Notes: generated from the letters alone by a model not told the origin. 64,000 nt of DNA from Octopus sinensis (GCF_006345805.1 NC_043014.1:28954001-29018000); one strand, 5' to 3'. Shown: positions 38,270 through 52,537, counted from the stretch's first letter. Numbers and translations: made by a program.

Positions 38270-38600
38270 TAGCAGCAGAAGTGCAATAAGCAGCGGAAGC
38301 CACTGTTTGTGGTGTTCATCGACCTTACAAATGCTTTTGACAAGGTCAGTTGCGTAGGATTATGTCACGTACTCACGCAAATATAACGTTATAGTACTCT
38401 TCTCAGCATCCCCAGGGCCCTGCAAGGCAATATTCAAGACACAATTCAGTTTGGTGGTTCCTATTCAGAGGAATTTGCTGATCAGGACAGGATGTGTATA
38501 TGCTTTCATTCTGTTTGACATGTTATTCTTAGTCTCGTAGCACCGTGCTTTAATGCTCTGAACTGTGGTTCTCTTTCATACACTGATATCAGGCTATTCC
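38270..38600 (+). mobile_element. RTE-clade LINE RT fragment
   Basis: QKCNKQRKPLFVVFIDLTNAFDKVS..GL...GCV...LF, RT domain 3 with stops. Confidence 0.8.
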
Positions 38601-38630
38601 GTCTCTCTTGTCCTAAACACACACACACAC

Positions 38631-38704
<74 letters not shown>

Positions 38705-38809
38705 TCACATACACGTACACAATAGAGTGCTTTTCGTATATTCGTGAGAGGATCATCTCTATGTTGATAATGAGATAATGTTGAATTACAGACACATACT
38801 GAGGTGAAT

Positions 38810-39140
38810 TATTGTTGTTGTTGTTGTTGTGGTCGTTAATATTATTATTTGCTATTGGTGTTGGTGTTGTTGTTGTTGTTGTATTGTTGATGTTCTTGTT
38901 CTTGTTGTTGTCAGCCTCGTCCTCATCGTCGTTGTCGTCATCATCATCATCGTCGTCGTCATCATCATCATCTTCATTCTCCTCTTCCTCCTCCTCCTCC
39001 TCCTCCTCATCATCATCATCATCATCATTCTCCTCTTCCTCCTCCTCCTCCTCCTCCTCATCATCATCATCATCATTCTCCTCTTCCTCCTCCTCCTCAT
39101 CATCATCATCCTCATCATCATCATCATCACCATCGCCAAC
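38810..39140. repeat. (TGT)n/(TCA)n/(TCC)n compound repeat with higher-order duplication
   Basis: tcattctcctcttcctcc block repeated three times. Confidence 0.85.
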
Positions 39141-39354
39141 AAAACTTTATACTGGAGCACCGCCTTCAGTTGTAAGTAATCTATATTTTCAATGTCTTGT
39201 ATACCATTGATAAGACTGCAGTTTTAAATTTCAGTCTCTCTCTCTCTCTCTCCCTCTCTCTCTCTCTCTTTCCCATTCTCACTATTTCTCTGTGCGTGTA
39301 AAAGTGCATGTGCGTAGTGTGTGTGTGTGTGTGTGTTATCCGACGTTCGTAGAA

Positions 39355-39390
<36 letters not shown>

Positions 39391-39961
39391 TCAGACAGAG
39401 ACAGAGAGTGTAGGGAGAAGGAGGGTGAGTGGTCAAAAAAGCAGTCCTATATATTCTTTTACTTGTTTCAGCCATTTTTACTACGGTCCTGCTGGAGCAC
39501 AACCTTTAGTCGAATGAATCAACCGCAAGACTTATTCTTTGTAAGCCTAGTACTTATTTTATTGGTATCTTTTGCCGACCGGCTAAGTTACGGGGATATA
39601 AACACACCAACATTGATTGTCAAGCGATGGTGAGGGGACAAACACAGACATACAAACATATATGTATATATATGTTTTCGTTCGGTTTCCTTGTATGTTT
39701 CCACCGTCATGTTTTTATTACCAACTTTGATCCTCCATAAATTCTAAATTTTAGTTTAGAATTTATGGGAGCAACTGTCTTTGAAGACTCATATTGTCGC
39801 TGAATTTTTGAAATGAGGAGTAGATAGGCAGCCAACAACTGATGAAGGGTTCTTACTCTGAGTTTACTTGTAATATTTTCCTTTTTTTCTTCGTTGTTTA
39901 CGTATTTCATGGTATTTGTACCGTTGGTGATGTCCTGTACCCATATATGCATGTATATATA

Positions 39962-40027
<66 letters not shown>

Positions 40028-40349
40028 TATATAATAGAAATATTAAAATTACTAATTCACCTAACCAAGTGCTCCAATAATCGGTTTCAAAATTTGGTAC
40101 ACAAGGCTAGTGAGTTTGGAGTAGGGGTTAAGCCAATTACATTGACACCTGTGCTCAGCTGATACTTATCTTATCGACTCTGAAAGGCAAAGTCGACCTC
40201 CACAGAATTTGAACTCATAACATAATGACAGACGAGATGCCACTAAGCATTTTGCCCATTGTGCTAACATGTCTACCAGCTCACTGGTATAAATCTGAAG
40301 TTATAATCCTGATGAAGTAACTGCAGTCTTCTTATCAGTTCAGCATAGA

Positions 40350-40720
40350 TGTTTTCTTACTCTTTTACTTGTTTCAGTAATTTGACTGTGGCCATGCTGG
40401 AGCACTGCCTTTAGTTGAGCAAATCTACCCCAGGACTTATTCTTTGTAAGCCTAGTACTTATTCTATCGGTCTCTTTTGATGTAAACGGGGATGTAAACA
40501 CACCAGCATCGGTTGTCGAGCAATGTTGGGGGACAAACATATATATATACATATACATGACGGGCTTCTTTCAGTTTCCGTCTACCAAATCCACTCACAA
40601 GGCTTTGGTCGTCCCGAGGCTATAGTAGAAGACACTTGCCCAAGGTGCCGTGCAGTGGGACTGAACCCAGAACCATGTGGTTCATAAGCAAGCTACTTAC
40701 CACACAGCCACTTACCACAC
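40350..40720 (-). mobile_element. SINE family A, full length
   Basis: Matches 48555-48975. Confidence 0.9.
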
Positions 40721-40883
40721 AGCCTTGTTCACAAATATTTAACAATGTTGACATTGCTAAGCAACTGATTTCAATTACTGTGAATTGTTTCTTTTCTCAA
40801 TCCCAGATATGTATGTGACCGCGTGTGTATCGTTGGCGATTTTCTTTCTCTGTCTTCCCTTCCTTGGATCTTTCTTTTTCTAT

Positions 40884-40918
40884 GTTTCTGACGAAGAGCC
40901 CCGCTCGAAACGTTAAAT
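40884..40918 (+). ncRNA. Minimal type I hammerhead ribozyme motif in PLE-like repeat (40812-40995)
   Basis: GUUU-CUGACGA-A-GAGC(ccc)GCUC-GAAAC-GUU|AAAU. Confidence 0.7.
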
Positions 40919-40986
40919 CCTCCTTCTTTCTTTCGTTTCCTGAACGTACTTGCGTTGTTGTGTTTTCTCTTTGTTCAGGTTTGGAT

Positions 40987-41044
<58 letters not shown>

Positions 41045-41959
41045 TCTTTCGATAGCTTAATTACATCTATGGTTACAAGGCCTATAGATGTTGGCAGTAT
41101 AGTGCGTCTCAGGAACTTGATGATCCTGGCCATCGACCATACAAATTCTTCCTTTGCTCGTCAATGTGTATTTATCAATGTTGGTCAATGGATGATCCTT
41201 TCACTGAGACAGCACGTTCTCCCTTCTGCTTTCCGTGACTTCACCTGTAATCCTAAGCTGAGTGCTACATTACAAATGAGAGCTCGTGTTTGATCCAGAA
41301 CAGCTTTTTCCGTATCCGCCGTTGACCCCAATATCTAAATTTCTGTTCACCTATCCATCTCTTGGGAATCTGCGTGGGTGTTCCTACTACCAATATGTTT
41401 ATACCACCCGAAAATACCCTGCTAAGATTAAATATCAAAATTCAAATGAGATAGAAACTTGGAGATGGAAACTTGGACATTTGTCTATTCTAACAGATTT
41501 GATCGCGATAAGAGCAGGAAACAGGCAACCTTCTTTGGCGTGGCTAATGGAGCTGGTGGGAAGAAAATTACGAATGAATAAAAACTTAAAAACTACAAGT
41601 TTAAACAACTAAGCAAGGGGGTAATTATAAAGCAAACCCAAACAGTGTCAGAGAAATTGATATCAAACATGATAGTGGACATCAAACTTGATGACATAGC
41701 ATTGTACGAGTATATTGACGTATTGACAACGACCCCCACTGCCATAAAAATAAAACAGCAGGAGGGCAGACAGCAGATTTCAATAACACACGCTTTCAGA
41801 TTCATAATGCAGTGTTCAATTAAAACCTAATTGCTACCTAATTGTATTCCCCATTCACCTATTCTCGAAGAAATGTAATTTAGACAAAGCCAAATGCTAC
41901 AGAAGGAATAACTGTAGAGTGATGACAGTAAAACTCTGCCACAAATTATTCTGTTCTAC

Positions 41960-42145
41960 TTTAGGCACAAGGCCCGAAATTTTTAAGAATAGCGCCAGCA
42001 CACAACTGGTACTTAATTTATCGACCTCGAAAAGATGAAAGGCAAAGTCGAACTTGGTGGAATTTGAACTCAGAACATAAAGGTAGACGAAATGCCACTA
42101 AGCATTTCGCCCGGCGTGCTAAATTTTCTGCCAGCGCGCCGCCTT
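41960..42145 (-). mobile_element. SINE family B
   Basis: Matches family consensus. Confidence 0.8.
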
Positions 42146-42185
42146 TCTATAATACACACATACAACAAACATACACACACACACC

Positions 42186-42216
<31 letters not shown>

Positions 42217-42475
42217 TACAAAAAAAAAACCTGTTACCAATTCAAAATGAACAATTAAATTACACCATCTAGAAAATTACATATATTAGAAATGTTAAAA
42301 TTAAAATAACAATAAAATACCAATGATTAAGTAAATTGCAAAAAAATAATAAAAATGTATATAATTGGTAGAAAAACAATTATATATATATATATATATA
42401 ATATATATATATAATGTATGTATGTATATACATATATATATGTATGTGTGTGTATATACATACATGCATTATATA

Positions 42476-42512
<37 letters not shown>

Positions 42513-43084
42513 CTAGACCTCTTGGCTAAGATTTTTCTTGTGGTTGGCTAGATTGGAGCAGTCTCGAGTATAACAAGCCGAAACCGCTGAGAGGATCCGG
42601 AACTCGACTGAAGATACAAAACTCTGAATGACCTGTCCTTGTTTTTTCCTGTCCCTTTATGTAACGTTTAACTGTCTGGATGTTTTGTTGTCGCCTGTTG
42701 CGTTCTTGTTCCATTTTTTGTATTCTTTTATATTTATGTGTGTGTGTATACTTATATCAATAGTTTGTTGCAGCTCGCCGCATTTCTGCAACAAATTATT
42801 GATATATATATATATACATACATGCATGTATATAGACATACATAAATACATACATGCATATGTGTATATGATGCTTATTCAGACTGAGATACCTATCCAC
42901 AAATGTCCGTTTTCGAAACTACTTAGTTACTTCAGATTGCCCCTACTTCTCAATGAAGTTGTTACTACATGCCTCAGATCTATTTTAACTGGAACTGGAG
43001 ACAATTTTTATAAGTCAAGAATAAATCTTGAATATTAATCAATAGCCATTTTTAGCTTGTTGTTCAACGCCAGTGGCCACTCTG

Positions 43085-44115
43085 AATTATTATTATTTTA
43101 AAATGTTTAAATTGATATCTACTATATTTACACATTATCAATCGGGCGTCACTCAGACACTGGAGACAGCAAGATACCTCAAATCTCTAGGATCTTCCTT
43201 AGGACTTTTACAGAATATAGGATTATACTTTCCTGCATGTCGACAATACTAGGTTCAATTCCAATTTCTTCTCATGTTTTAAATAGCATTTTGGGAGTCG
43301 TGCCAAGTGTAACAATTACTACAGGAACAATTGTTGTCTTGGTCTTCCACAATTTCCTGAACTTTCTGGCTATATCATGATATTTCCCTTTTTTTTTCAA
43401 TTTCTTTTGTATTAACTCCGCTTCATAGAGAATTGCAAAATCTATGATTTCACACTGTTTATTTTGTCCCCCAAAATCATGTCTGTTTTTTTTATCTCAA
43501 TATTACGGCCAGTCTTTATGGAGAAGTCCCATAGGTTCTTGTAATTTTCACTTCCCTCACAATCTCTGGTTCGTATTCTTACCACTTTTCTATTGTCTTG
43601 AAACGACGCATTCGAATAACATCCCGATATATTCTGTTGCCTACACAGTTATGTCTGCGCTTATATTGCTTGTGTGCTAGTATACTGCACTCACTCAAAA
43701 TGCAATTGATATTTTCGTCTCCTTTCCTATGGATTCTGCTTTTGCTGTCTCACTGAGTTTTGTCCATCTTTGCTTTTATCAGATTTGTTCCCAGAGCATG
43801 TTCCTGAGTGGCTATACTTTAAGATTTCTGTTTCTCTTTAAAAGTTCCCCTTCTGTCAACCAGGGCCAGTTTGTTGCATGAATTGACCGTTCAGTTCCAT
43901 TTCTTTCCATTTTTTTGTTTTGTTGTTCTTCTTTTTCGAACTGTCTCGGTCACTTTTTGAGTATCTCTGGTGAGGGCCAGATTTATAGGGGTGTAGAGGG
44001 GGTAATTGTTCCGGGCATCTAGATATTAGAAGGGGGAAGGCTGCTATGAAAGGTATGTAGTACTCAATACAGGAGGGCCCCTCCACATCCCAGGAATCAG
44101 GCATGATGAGACTCT
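43085..44115 (-). mobile_element. R4/Dong-like non-LTR retrotransposon 3' part (zinc knuckle and restriction-like endonuclease), decayed
   Basis: LNGQFMQQT...ETE...QEH...KAKMDK...ILSECSILAHKQYKRRHNCV...LWDFSIKT...CEIIDFAI...KEIEKKGKYHDI.RK..KLWKTK..IVPVVIVTLG..; ends in a (TAA)n-like tail at about 43085. Confidence 0.8.
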
Positions 44116-44116
44116 C

Positions 44117-44726
44117 TTTAAAATATCGTGGTCAAATGAAAGATGATTATGGAAAAATAGCACATAATATGAAATTAATGAAACTCAACTAAATCTAAAA
44201 ATCAACATAAAATATTCTTTATAGCTAATTCACAACAACTCCTTCACCAAAAATTATCCAGATATTTTATTAGCTACCTCAATTACAATCGGGTTGAATT
44301 TGAAGAAACATTTCTTGAAAATTATACATGTCACCTATGTTTCAAACTCTCAACTTCAACAACAACTATGTAAGATGATGCAATGGTACAAAATGAAAGA
44401 AATGGTACAAGAAGTCAGAAATTATTTATTTTGGCACAGTTACCAATTCTGCCCCACTTCCATATAGTAATTCTATGTGTTTGGCAGAATGGCGAAAACT
44501 ATATGAAGAGAAAAAAAGAAAAAAGGTTTGATTTAATGAATCATTTGAATATATATAGAATAATTCTAAAGTTGAGAAAAAATTCTCTTAAGAGATGTAA
44601 TTTTATAATTAAAACTAAATTCGAAAGTTTTCTATTTACTTGCTTCATAAAAAAGAACCAGTTTTCAAAGCCTTACTGAAATAAGTTTAAAAGTAGAAAT
44701 ATCTGTGGGTGTGTGTGTGTGTGTGT

Positions 44727-44772
<46 letters not shown>

Positions 44773-45054
44773 ATCTTTAGGAGTAAAATTTGGTCAGTAT
44801 AGATTAAATAGTTGTTGAAGTTGAGAGTTTGAAGCATAGGCGACAGGTACAATTTTCGAGAAATTTGTCCTCAAATTTGACCCGAATGTAATTGAGTTAG
44901 CTCGTAAAATATCTGGATAATTTTTGGTGAATAACTGTGAAGAAGCTATAAAGAATATTATATGTTGAGTTTTGGGATTTAGTTGAATTTCATTAATTTC
45001 ATATTATGTGCTATTTTTCCATAATCCTCTTTCATTTGAACACAATATTTAAAA
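44117..45054. mobile_element. Foldback-like element, about 255-bp imperfect inverted arms
   Basis: 44117-44370 is the reverse complement of 44805-45054; spacer contains (GT)n. Confidence 0.8.
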
Positions 45055-45841
45055 TTTTGTTGCATTTCTGATGTTTAAGGACGAATGTTTATGACTCATT
45101 TTTCAAATTTAATTCTGGAGCAATGGAAGGACATATTTTGCTTGCCCTGTCGTACCCAAATTGCCTCGCCTAAATTTGTCTTTTATATGCTCAAAGAGAA
45201 CAGTGATAATTTTCTGCGTCCAGAGAAGACCTTTACTTCGCTGATACAGTTTTGGCAAGGTAGTCAATATTTAAAAAATGATTACTCCCAAGTCAAAACT
45301 ACAGTAAATATTACTTATTGTGCCCCACCTACTCTTACTAGAAACTGGAAAAGCAGACTTTCGGAAATAGCTGTTTGAATTTCCCGCTTCTCTCTCTCTC
45401 TCTCTCTCTCCCTCTCTCTATCTCTCCTCTCCCTCACACATACACACCATGCCTTTGGAACAGCAACAACCACAAAAATGAATATTTTCTTTTTCGTAAT
45501 TTTCTGTCATTTTATCTTATTCTACATTGTGAAACGTACCTCACATTAAAAGAAGAAAAAAAACCACTTACCCCACACTTCTCTCTTTCATTTTACTTTT
45601 CACAATGAAGGAAAAGTCAAACACCGCGAGTGGCTGTATGAAAAACAAAATTTGAATTTTGAGTGTATCTTAAAGCCACATTTTAAGTCATTTATTTAAA
45701 CTTTCTCTGCTAGCTCAACAAATTCAATTACATGAAATAATTGAGTTTTGAGATTTAAATTTGGTAATTTCCTATGATTTTAATTCTTGTGTATAAGAGG
45801 CCCACCGAACTTTATAATTAGTACTATTATTATTATTATTA

Positions 45842-45876
<35 letters not shown>

Positions 45877-46010
45877 TTTATTATTATTATTATTATTATA
45901 TTAATTACTTCACTAAAATTGATTCAATTGCAATGAATTACTCCATGGCTAGTACTCAATACAAAATACGAGTTCTACAAACATGCATATACTCACACAT
46001 ATACACACAC

Positions 46011-46048
<38 letters not shown>

Positions 46049-47077
46049 TTGCATACATAAATAAATGCATTCATGCACACACATATACATATACATATCA
46101 ATGTGTGTATATATTTAATACTTTGATTATATGTAGGCTTAATTCACTATCATGAAGTCCTGTTATCTATCTGTCTAGTATCCCGGTCCTACTGCCTCGG
46201 ATAGACTAGACTGAAAAAAATAGTTGGAGGCCCGTCTGGCGCAATGACCCCGCATGTCTATCACTGTAAAGGCACAGGTATACGTGAAAACTCAAGGTAA
46301 TCCACTAGCCAGTTAGTTCAGTTGATTGAAAATGTGTGTGTGTGTGTGTGTGTGTGTTGTGTGTGTGTGTGTGTGTGTTCTGATAAATTATGGTATTTTA
46401 AAAGAAGCAACTTAACTTTCCCTATATTTCACAGGGACCTGTTAAAACATGTATATAACTAAGCGAGGTTCTGATTAAAATTTATTTATCAAAAGTGGTA
46501 TATTTTGTCAATATCCAATAAAACATAAATTTCATGAATATATAATATATAAATATCATTATAATGTCCCATATATATATATATGAGTCTATTACGGGGA
46601 AACATGCATGCCTAACAAGATACAGATTTTATTCAATATACTTTCACTGCATATATTTCCTATTATTAATATAAATGGGTTCCCTATAAAGCACAATAAT
46701 ACAATTTTCATGTACTAAAATATACATAATTGCAATACACATATAAAATTCACATGTTAAAGATTGTGCATATACTGCACACTGCATCATGTGTCACTGA
46801 ATATTTCCTTCGTTTGTGAACTCAGTTGCAATGATATAATCTTGCGCCATTTTATTTTGTCTACGTTTTCATGCTAAAGTAAAAAGATCATTCATTGCAA
46901 ACCTTTTTATGAAAAATCTGTTTCCAGTCAGATCTCTCTGACCATCACACTGTTAATGCTTAACCTCCTTCTAGAAATATATACATATATATATATATAG
47001 TAATATAATAATTAAATAAAATATATGCATATATACATACATATATGTACATACTTACATCTACATGTATATATACA

Positions 47078-47133
<56 letters not shown>

Positions 47134-47464
47134 TACAGGACACCACAAATAAACGTAGACGAGAACATAAAATCAACAAGGAAACGGACTTTTTTTAAAC
47201 AACGAAAAAACAGAGTACAGGACAAACAATACAAGGAAAATTCCTCTTCATCAGCTGTCCCTGGTTCGACTCAAAGTGTGTTTCGAAAGTAATATATATA
47301 CACGCACACACCACACACAAGTGAGCACATAAGTGAAAACAAAGGGGAAAAAAATAGTATTCGAATACCCAAAATAGGGTGATATGCTTTTATTAAAGCA
47401 GCAAAATTATAACAAAACTGTTATACAGACATTCACGTTCCTGTCGTCGTGCGGTTTTTATCTC

Positions 47465-47506
47465 AACTGTCCGATGAACGGGATCGTGAAACTCTGAGTA
47501 ACAGTT
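47465..47506 (+). ncRNA. Type I hammerhead ribozyme motif, CCGAUGA core variant
   Basis: AACUGU-CCGAUGA-ACG(ggau)CGU-GAAAC-UCUGAGUA|ACAGUU; 6-bp stem I, palindromic stem III ACUC-U-GAGU. Confidence 0.7.
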
Positions 47507-47639
47507 TTTGTGATAATTCTGCAGCTTTAATAAAAGTATATATATATATATATATATATACTCTTTTATTTGTTTCAGTCATTTGACTGTGGCCATGCTG
47601 GAGCACCACCTGTAGACTGAAACAAATAAAATAATAAAA

Positions 47640-47677
<38 letters not shown>

Positions 47678-47694
47678 CGATAATCGTAGCCCTT

Positions 47695-47990
47695 TTCAAG
47701 CCTAGCCAGGCTCGTGGGCCCGGTTTCCCGGTTTCTGTGGCGTATGTGTTCCTCCAGCTGGTCGGGACGCCAGTTCATTGCACCGTTGCTCAAGAAACAG
47801 GAAGAGAGAGTGAGAGAAAGTTGTAGCGTAAGAGTACAACAGGGATCGCCACCACCCCCTACCGGAGCCTCGTGGAGACTTTAGGTGTTTTCGCTCAATT
47901 AACACACACATCGCCCGGTCTGCGAATCAAAACCGCGATCCTCCGACCGCGAGTCCGCTGCCCTAACCACTGGGCCATTGCGCCTCCACA
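47695..47990 (-). mobile_element. SINE head C plus tail 1
   Basis: tRNA-like head ggcgcaatggcccagtggttagggcagcggactcgcgg...ggttttgattcg. Confidence 0.85.
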
Positions 47991-48007
47991 CACACATACG
48001 CACAAAC

Positions 48008-48111
<104 letters not shown>

Positions 48112-48554
48112 AAGAGAGAAAGGGAGAAAGCGATAAAGAACTTATAAAAGATAAAAATAATTGGCAATGTTGTTTATTTTCGCCCCTAAATGTAGCCCTC
48201 TTTCTTAGTACGGGATAAAAATATATAAAATATATATATAAATAAATAAGCGGACAGAAAAGAAATAAATATATACATATACACACAATCACATAGACTT
48301 ATACATACACATACACACACATGCATGCATGCGTACATACATACATACATACATACATACATACATACATAAAGTTAATGTGAATAACCGGTGGTGCCCA
48401 AGCATGGCCACAGCTTTGAGCTGAAACTGTTAAAAGATTTTTTTTTAAATCTTAAACAGTCCATGTGCATAATCAACTTAAAATCCGTGTACTTCTACCA
48501 GTATAGAAAAAAACATATTTCTCTAGATGTGTACTTATATATGTATATATAGAT

Positions 48555-48770
48555 ACTCTCTTTTACTCTTTTATTTGTTTCAGTCATTTGACTGTGGCCA
48601 TGCTGGAGCACCGCCAGTAGTCGAGCAAATCTACCCCAGGACTTATTCTTTGTAAGCCTAGTACTGATTCTATCGGTCTCTTTTGTCGAACCGCTAAGTT
48701 ACGGAGACGTAAACACACCACTATCGGTTGTCAAGCGATGTTGGGGGGACAAACACACACACACACACAC

Positions 48771-48808
<38 letters not shown>

Positions 48809-48975
48809 TACGACGGGCTTCTTTCAGTTCCCCTCTACCAAATCGACTCGCAAGGCTTTGGTCGGCCCGAGGCTATAGTAGAAGACACTTGCCCAAGGTG
48901 CCACGCAGTGAGACTGAACCCAGAACCATGAGGTTGGGAAGCAAGCTACTTTCCACACAGCCACTCCAGCGCCTA
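48555..48975 (-). mobile_element. SINE family A, full length
   Basis: All modules present; post-tRNA ccttgggcaagtgtctt block is CORE-like. Confidence 0.9.
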
Positions 48976-49544
48976 TATGTCGTAAATGTGCATATATCTA
49001 TGAATATATGAATGTATGCATACGTGATTTGAAATATGTATGCCATGAATCAGTTCTGGATCTTATCAGAACACCGCAGATTGATGACATATTACAAAAG
49101 GGTGTTCTGCAAGCGATTTACACCCAAAAGACTATATAACGATTTGGTAGAGATTTGAGGTGGGAAGTGTACATGGGTGTACAATTTCGGTCATATGGAT
49201 AACTCTTGGAAAGTAAGCTATCTTACGAGACACAACGGCCCATGACCGTATAATAAAGATCCTTTCCCCTGCGAAAGATTTGATGGATTTTGTTTCATTG
49301 TGAGCTAGGGATGACAAATTAGAAATTAGAATACTGGCCAGATTAGATGAGCTAATGTCCTCACCTCTATCTCTTAACGATAGAGGTGGGGATATCAAAA
49401 TTTAGAAAATGGCAGAGCATGGTCTCTTCAAGATCGATAAAATGCTACTCCGAGGCAAATTCAAATCAAGGTGTTTGCAATTTGATCTGACCTTGTATGC
49501 CAGACTGCAGTGAAAACTGATTTTATATGAACATCTACTGACAC

Positions 49545-49850
49545 GAGTTTGTTTGTTCCTTCTCGAGCCATGCCTGGCTCATAAGGGCCGGTTTCCCTGT
49601 TTCCTTCGCGTATAGGCTCCCCACCTGGACGGGACGCCGGTCCGTCGCAGGTGAGCTGCAAGATGCAGGAGGAACGAGTGAGAGAAAGTTTTGGCGAAAG
49701 AGTCAGCAGAAGTTCGCCATTACCTTCTGCCGGAGCCGCGTGGATCTTATGTGTTTCGCTCATAAACACACACATCGTCCGGTCTGAGATTCGAACCCAC
49801 GATCCCTCGACCGCGAGTCCGCTGCTCTGACCACGAGGCCATATGCCTCC
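49545..49850 (-). mobile_element. SINE head C plus tail 1
   Basis: High identity to 15840-16150. Confidence 0.9.
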
Positions 49851-50276
49851 ACATACTGACACGAGTTGCCACATCTGAACGGAAATATAATGTCTATATT
49901 TACTAGTGGCTATTGAGTGCATGACTTGTAGGTCCCTTGGAGCCATATGAGATGCCATTAGCGATGGGGAGCCCAAACGTCAAATTTTTCTTAAGAGTGA
50001 AATGGGTCTGACAAGTGATGTTACCCTGTCACAAGTCTACTTCCACATACACACACACACACACAGACATATTAAGTAATGTTGAACGAATGATAGGGAA
50101 TTGGTCAATACATCTTGTAGAGTTTATGGTTTCGCACCACTTCGATCATCAAACAAGAATTTGCACAACGATGGCAACGGCGTGAAACATTCAGATTCAA
50201 TAAAGTATATGTGCATATGCATTTGTAAGTGTATATGCATATATTTGTGTGTACATATAGTGCATATCTATATATG

Positions 50277-50317
<41 letters not shown>

Positions 50318-50710
50318 TAGGCGCAGGAGTGGCTGTGTGGTAAGTAGCTTGCTAACAACCACATGGTTCCGGGTTCAGTCCCACTGCGTGGCATCTTGGG
50401 CAAGTGTCTTCTGCTATAGCCCCGGCCGACCAATTGCTTGTGAGTGGATTTGGTAGACGGAAACTGAAAGAAGCCTGTCGTATATATATATATATATGTA
50501 TATGTGTGTCTGTGCTTGTCCCCCTAGCATTGCTTGACAACCGATGGTGGTGTGTTTACGTCCCCGTCACTTAGCGGTTCGGCAAAACAGACCGATAGAT
50601 AAGTACTACTGGCTTACAAAAGAATAGGTCCCGGGGTCGAGTTGCTCGATTAAAGGCGGCTGCTCCAGCATGGCCGCAGTCAAATGACTGAAACAAGTAA
50701 AATAAAAATT
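50318..50710 (+). mobile_element. SINE family A, full length
   Basis: All modules present. Confidence 0.9.
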
Positions 50711-50857
50711 TAAAAAATATATATATAGATATGTGTGTGTGTGTGTGTGGTGTGTGTTGTATATATATATATTTATGTATGTATGTATGTATATATGTAT
50801 GTATGTATGTATTTATGTATGTATGGTACATACATATATAATATATATATATATATC

Positions 50858-50917
<60 letters not shown>

Positions 50918-51415
50918 CATATACACGCACCTGTCTCTGTCTGAGGAATTTCTATTACAAAATTCGAAATTTCTTACACAAATTTTAAAAAAAACTCTTC
51001 TAAACCGATCGCAATGTTGGAAAACTTTCCATATTGTCAGCAAGTCTCTCAGATACTCTAGGGTTTCACCCCTTATCCTGTATCACTTCTAAAAAACTGT
51101 TAGGTTCTAGCCCTAACCCTATGTTCATCACCCTTCAGTATTAATGTTAGATGTTTCTATGTATTCTGGTCATGTATTTTATGGTGGATATGTCAGGAGA
51201 GAGTCCCAAAGGACTCAGTCCTGATGCATTTTTCCGGATTGAATTTAATAACTATGAATAGAAAGATTTATGTAATCATAAACATATTACTGGTTGTTAG
51301 TTGAAAGAATAGAATGTAATGTCTGCTACCTCAAACAAAAAATAAATGAATGAATAAAAGAAGCTATTTGTGTAAGTTATTGTTTTTAAGGCAACGTAAT
51401 TTATTTTATGAATAA

Positions 51416-51928
51416 CTAGCAGTATCGCCCGGCGTTGCTCGGGTTTGTAAGGGAAATAACTATACAAGCATTTTTAGAGAGTTACTTCCCTTATAGATGC
51501 CAATTCGGGCTTTCTTAGCCATTTCTGTTTTGGTGTCTTCAAGCCATGAAGTCGTTGTTCTAAAAGAACGCTGGTCTCCTTGACAACGCTTTACGACGTT
51601 GATTTCCTTACACTCCCTTCCCCACAGCTTCACGAGGGAGAGAAGAAGGGGGAGAAGCAAACAGGTGCAGGTGTGACCATGGACACCAACTCCGCCGCCA
51701 TCGACACACGAAAAATTATGCATTAAAATGGAATGAAAAATGATGTTAAATTATTTTTTAAATCGTAGACTCATCGTAGACGCGCGCTAATACTCAGACG
51801 GGCTCGATATGAATCACGACTATAAGATACCCGAATTTGGTTAAACTGCACCGCAAAATGTGGGAGTAATTAGGAATCTAAATCGAAGGGGACAGACACT
51901 CACACAACTACAGTTTTATATATATAGA
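51416..51928 (-). mobile_element. Young non-autonomous Helitron, copy 2
   Basis: Reverse complement of 30362-30873, with the same AT target-site rule. Confidence 0.9.
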
Positions 51929-51944
51929 TATCGAATATTTGCTT

Positions 51945-52310
51945 CAATTTTTGAAACTCGGCCGGCAAGTTTACAGAAGTGGGTAAGTCGATTACATCGA
52001 GCACAGTAATCAAATTATATCTATTTTATCGAACTGAAAGGATGAAGGCAAAGTCGGCCTCGGCAGAATTTGAACTCAGAGAAGACGGACGAAATGCCGC
52101 CAAGCATTCTACCCAGCGTGCTATGCGTTCCGCCAGCTCACCGTCTTTGAATAATATTTAATACTGGTTTCAAAATTTGGCACAAGGTCACCAATTCTTC
52201 CAGGAGTGGGGATAAGCCATTTATACCGACCCCAGTGCTTAACTGGTACTTATTTTATCGATTCCGAAAATATGAAAGGCAAAGTCAACCTCGGTAGAAT
52301 TCGGGGAAAT
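51945..52310 (-). mobile_element. Two tandem SINE family B copies
   Basis: Family motifs at about 51945-52150 and 52165-52310. Confidence 0.75.
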
Positions 52311-52434
52311 TGACAACTGCGAGCACAACATATCTCATATATGCGGAGGATGTATGCATACACACACTCATACACACACACACACACATATATATGTATA
52401 ATGATATATACACACGTAGTACCCAAATATCTAC

Positions 52435-52520
<86 letters not shown>

Positions 52521-52537
52521 AATATATATGATATATC

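Noticed and set aside
50105-50160. Hammerhead-like UUGAUGA...GAAAC on the minus strand (similar weak cases at 9500, 9830 and 12225)
   Set aside because: Stem II and/or the NUH cleavage triplet are missing; too degenerate to call
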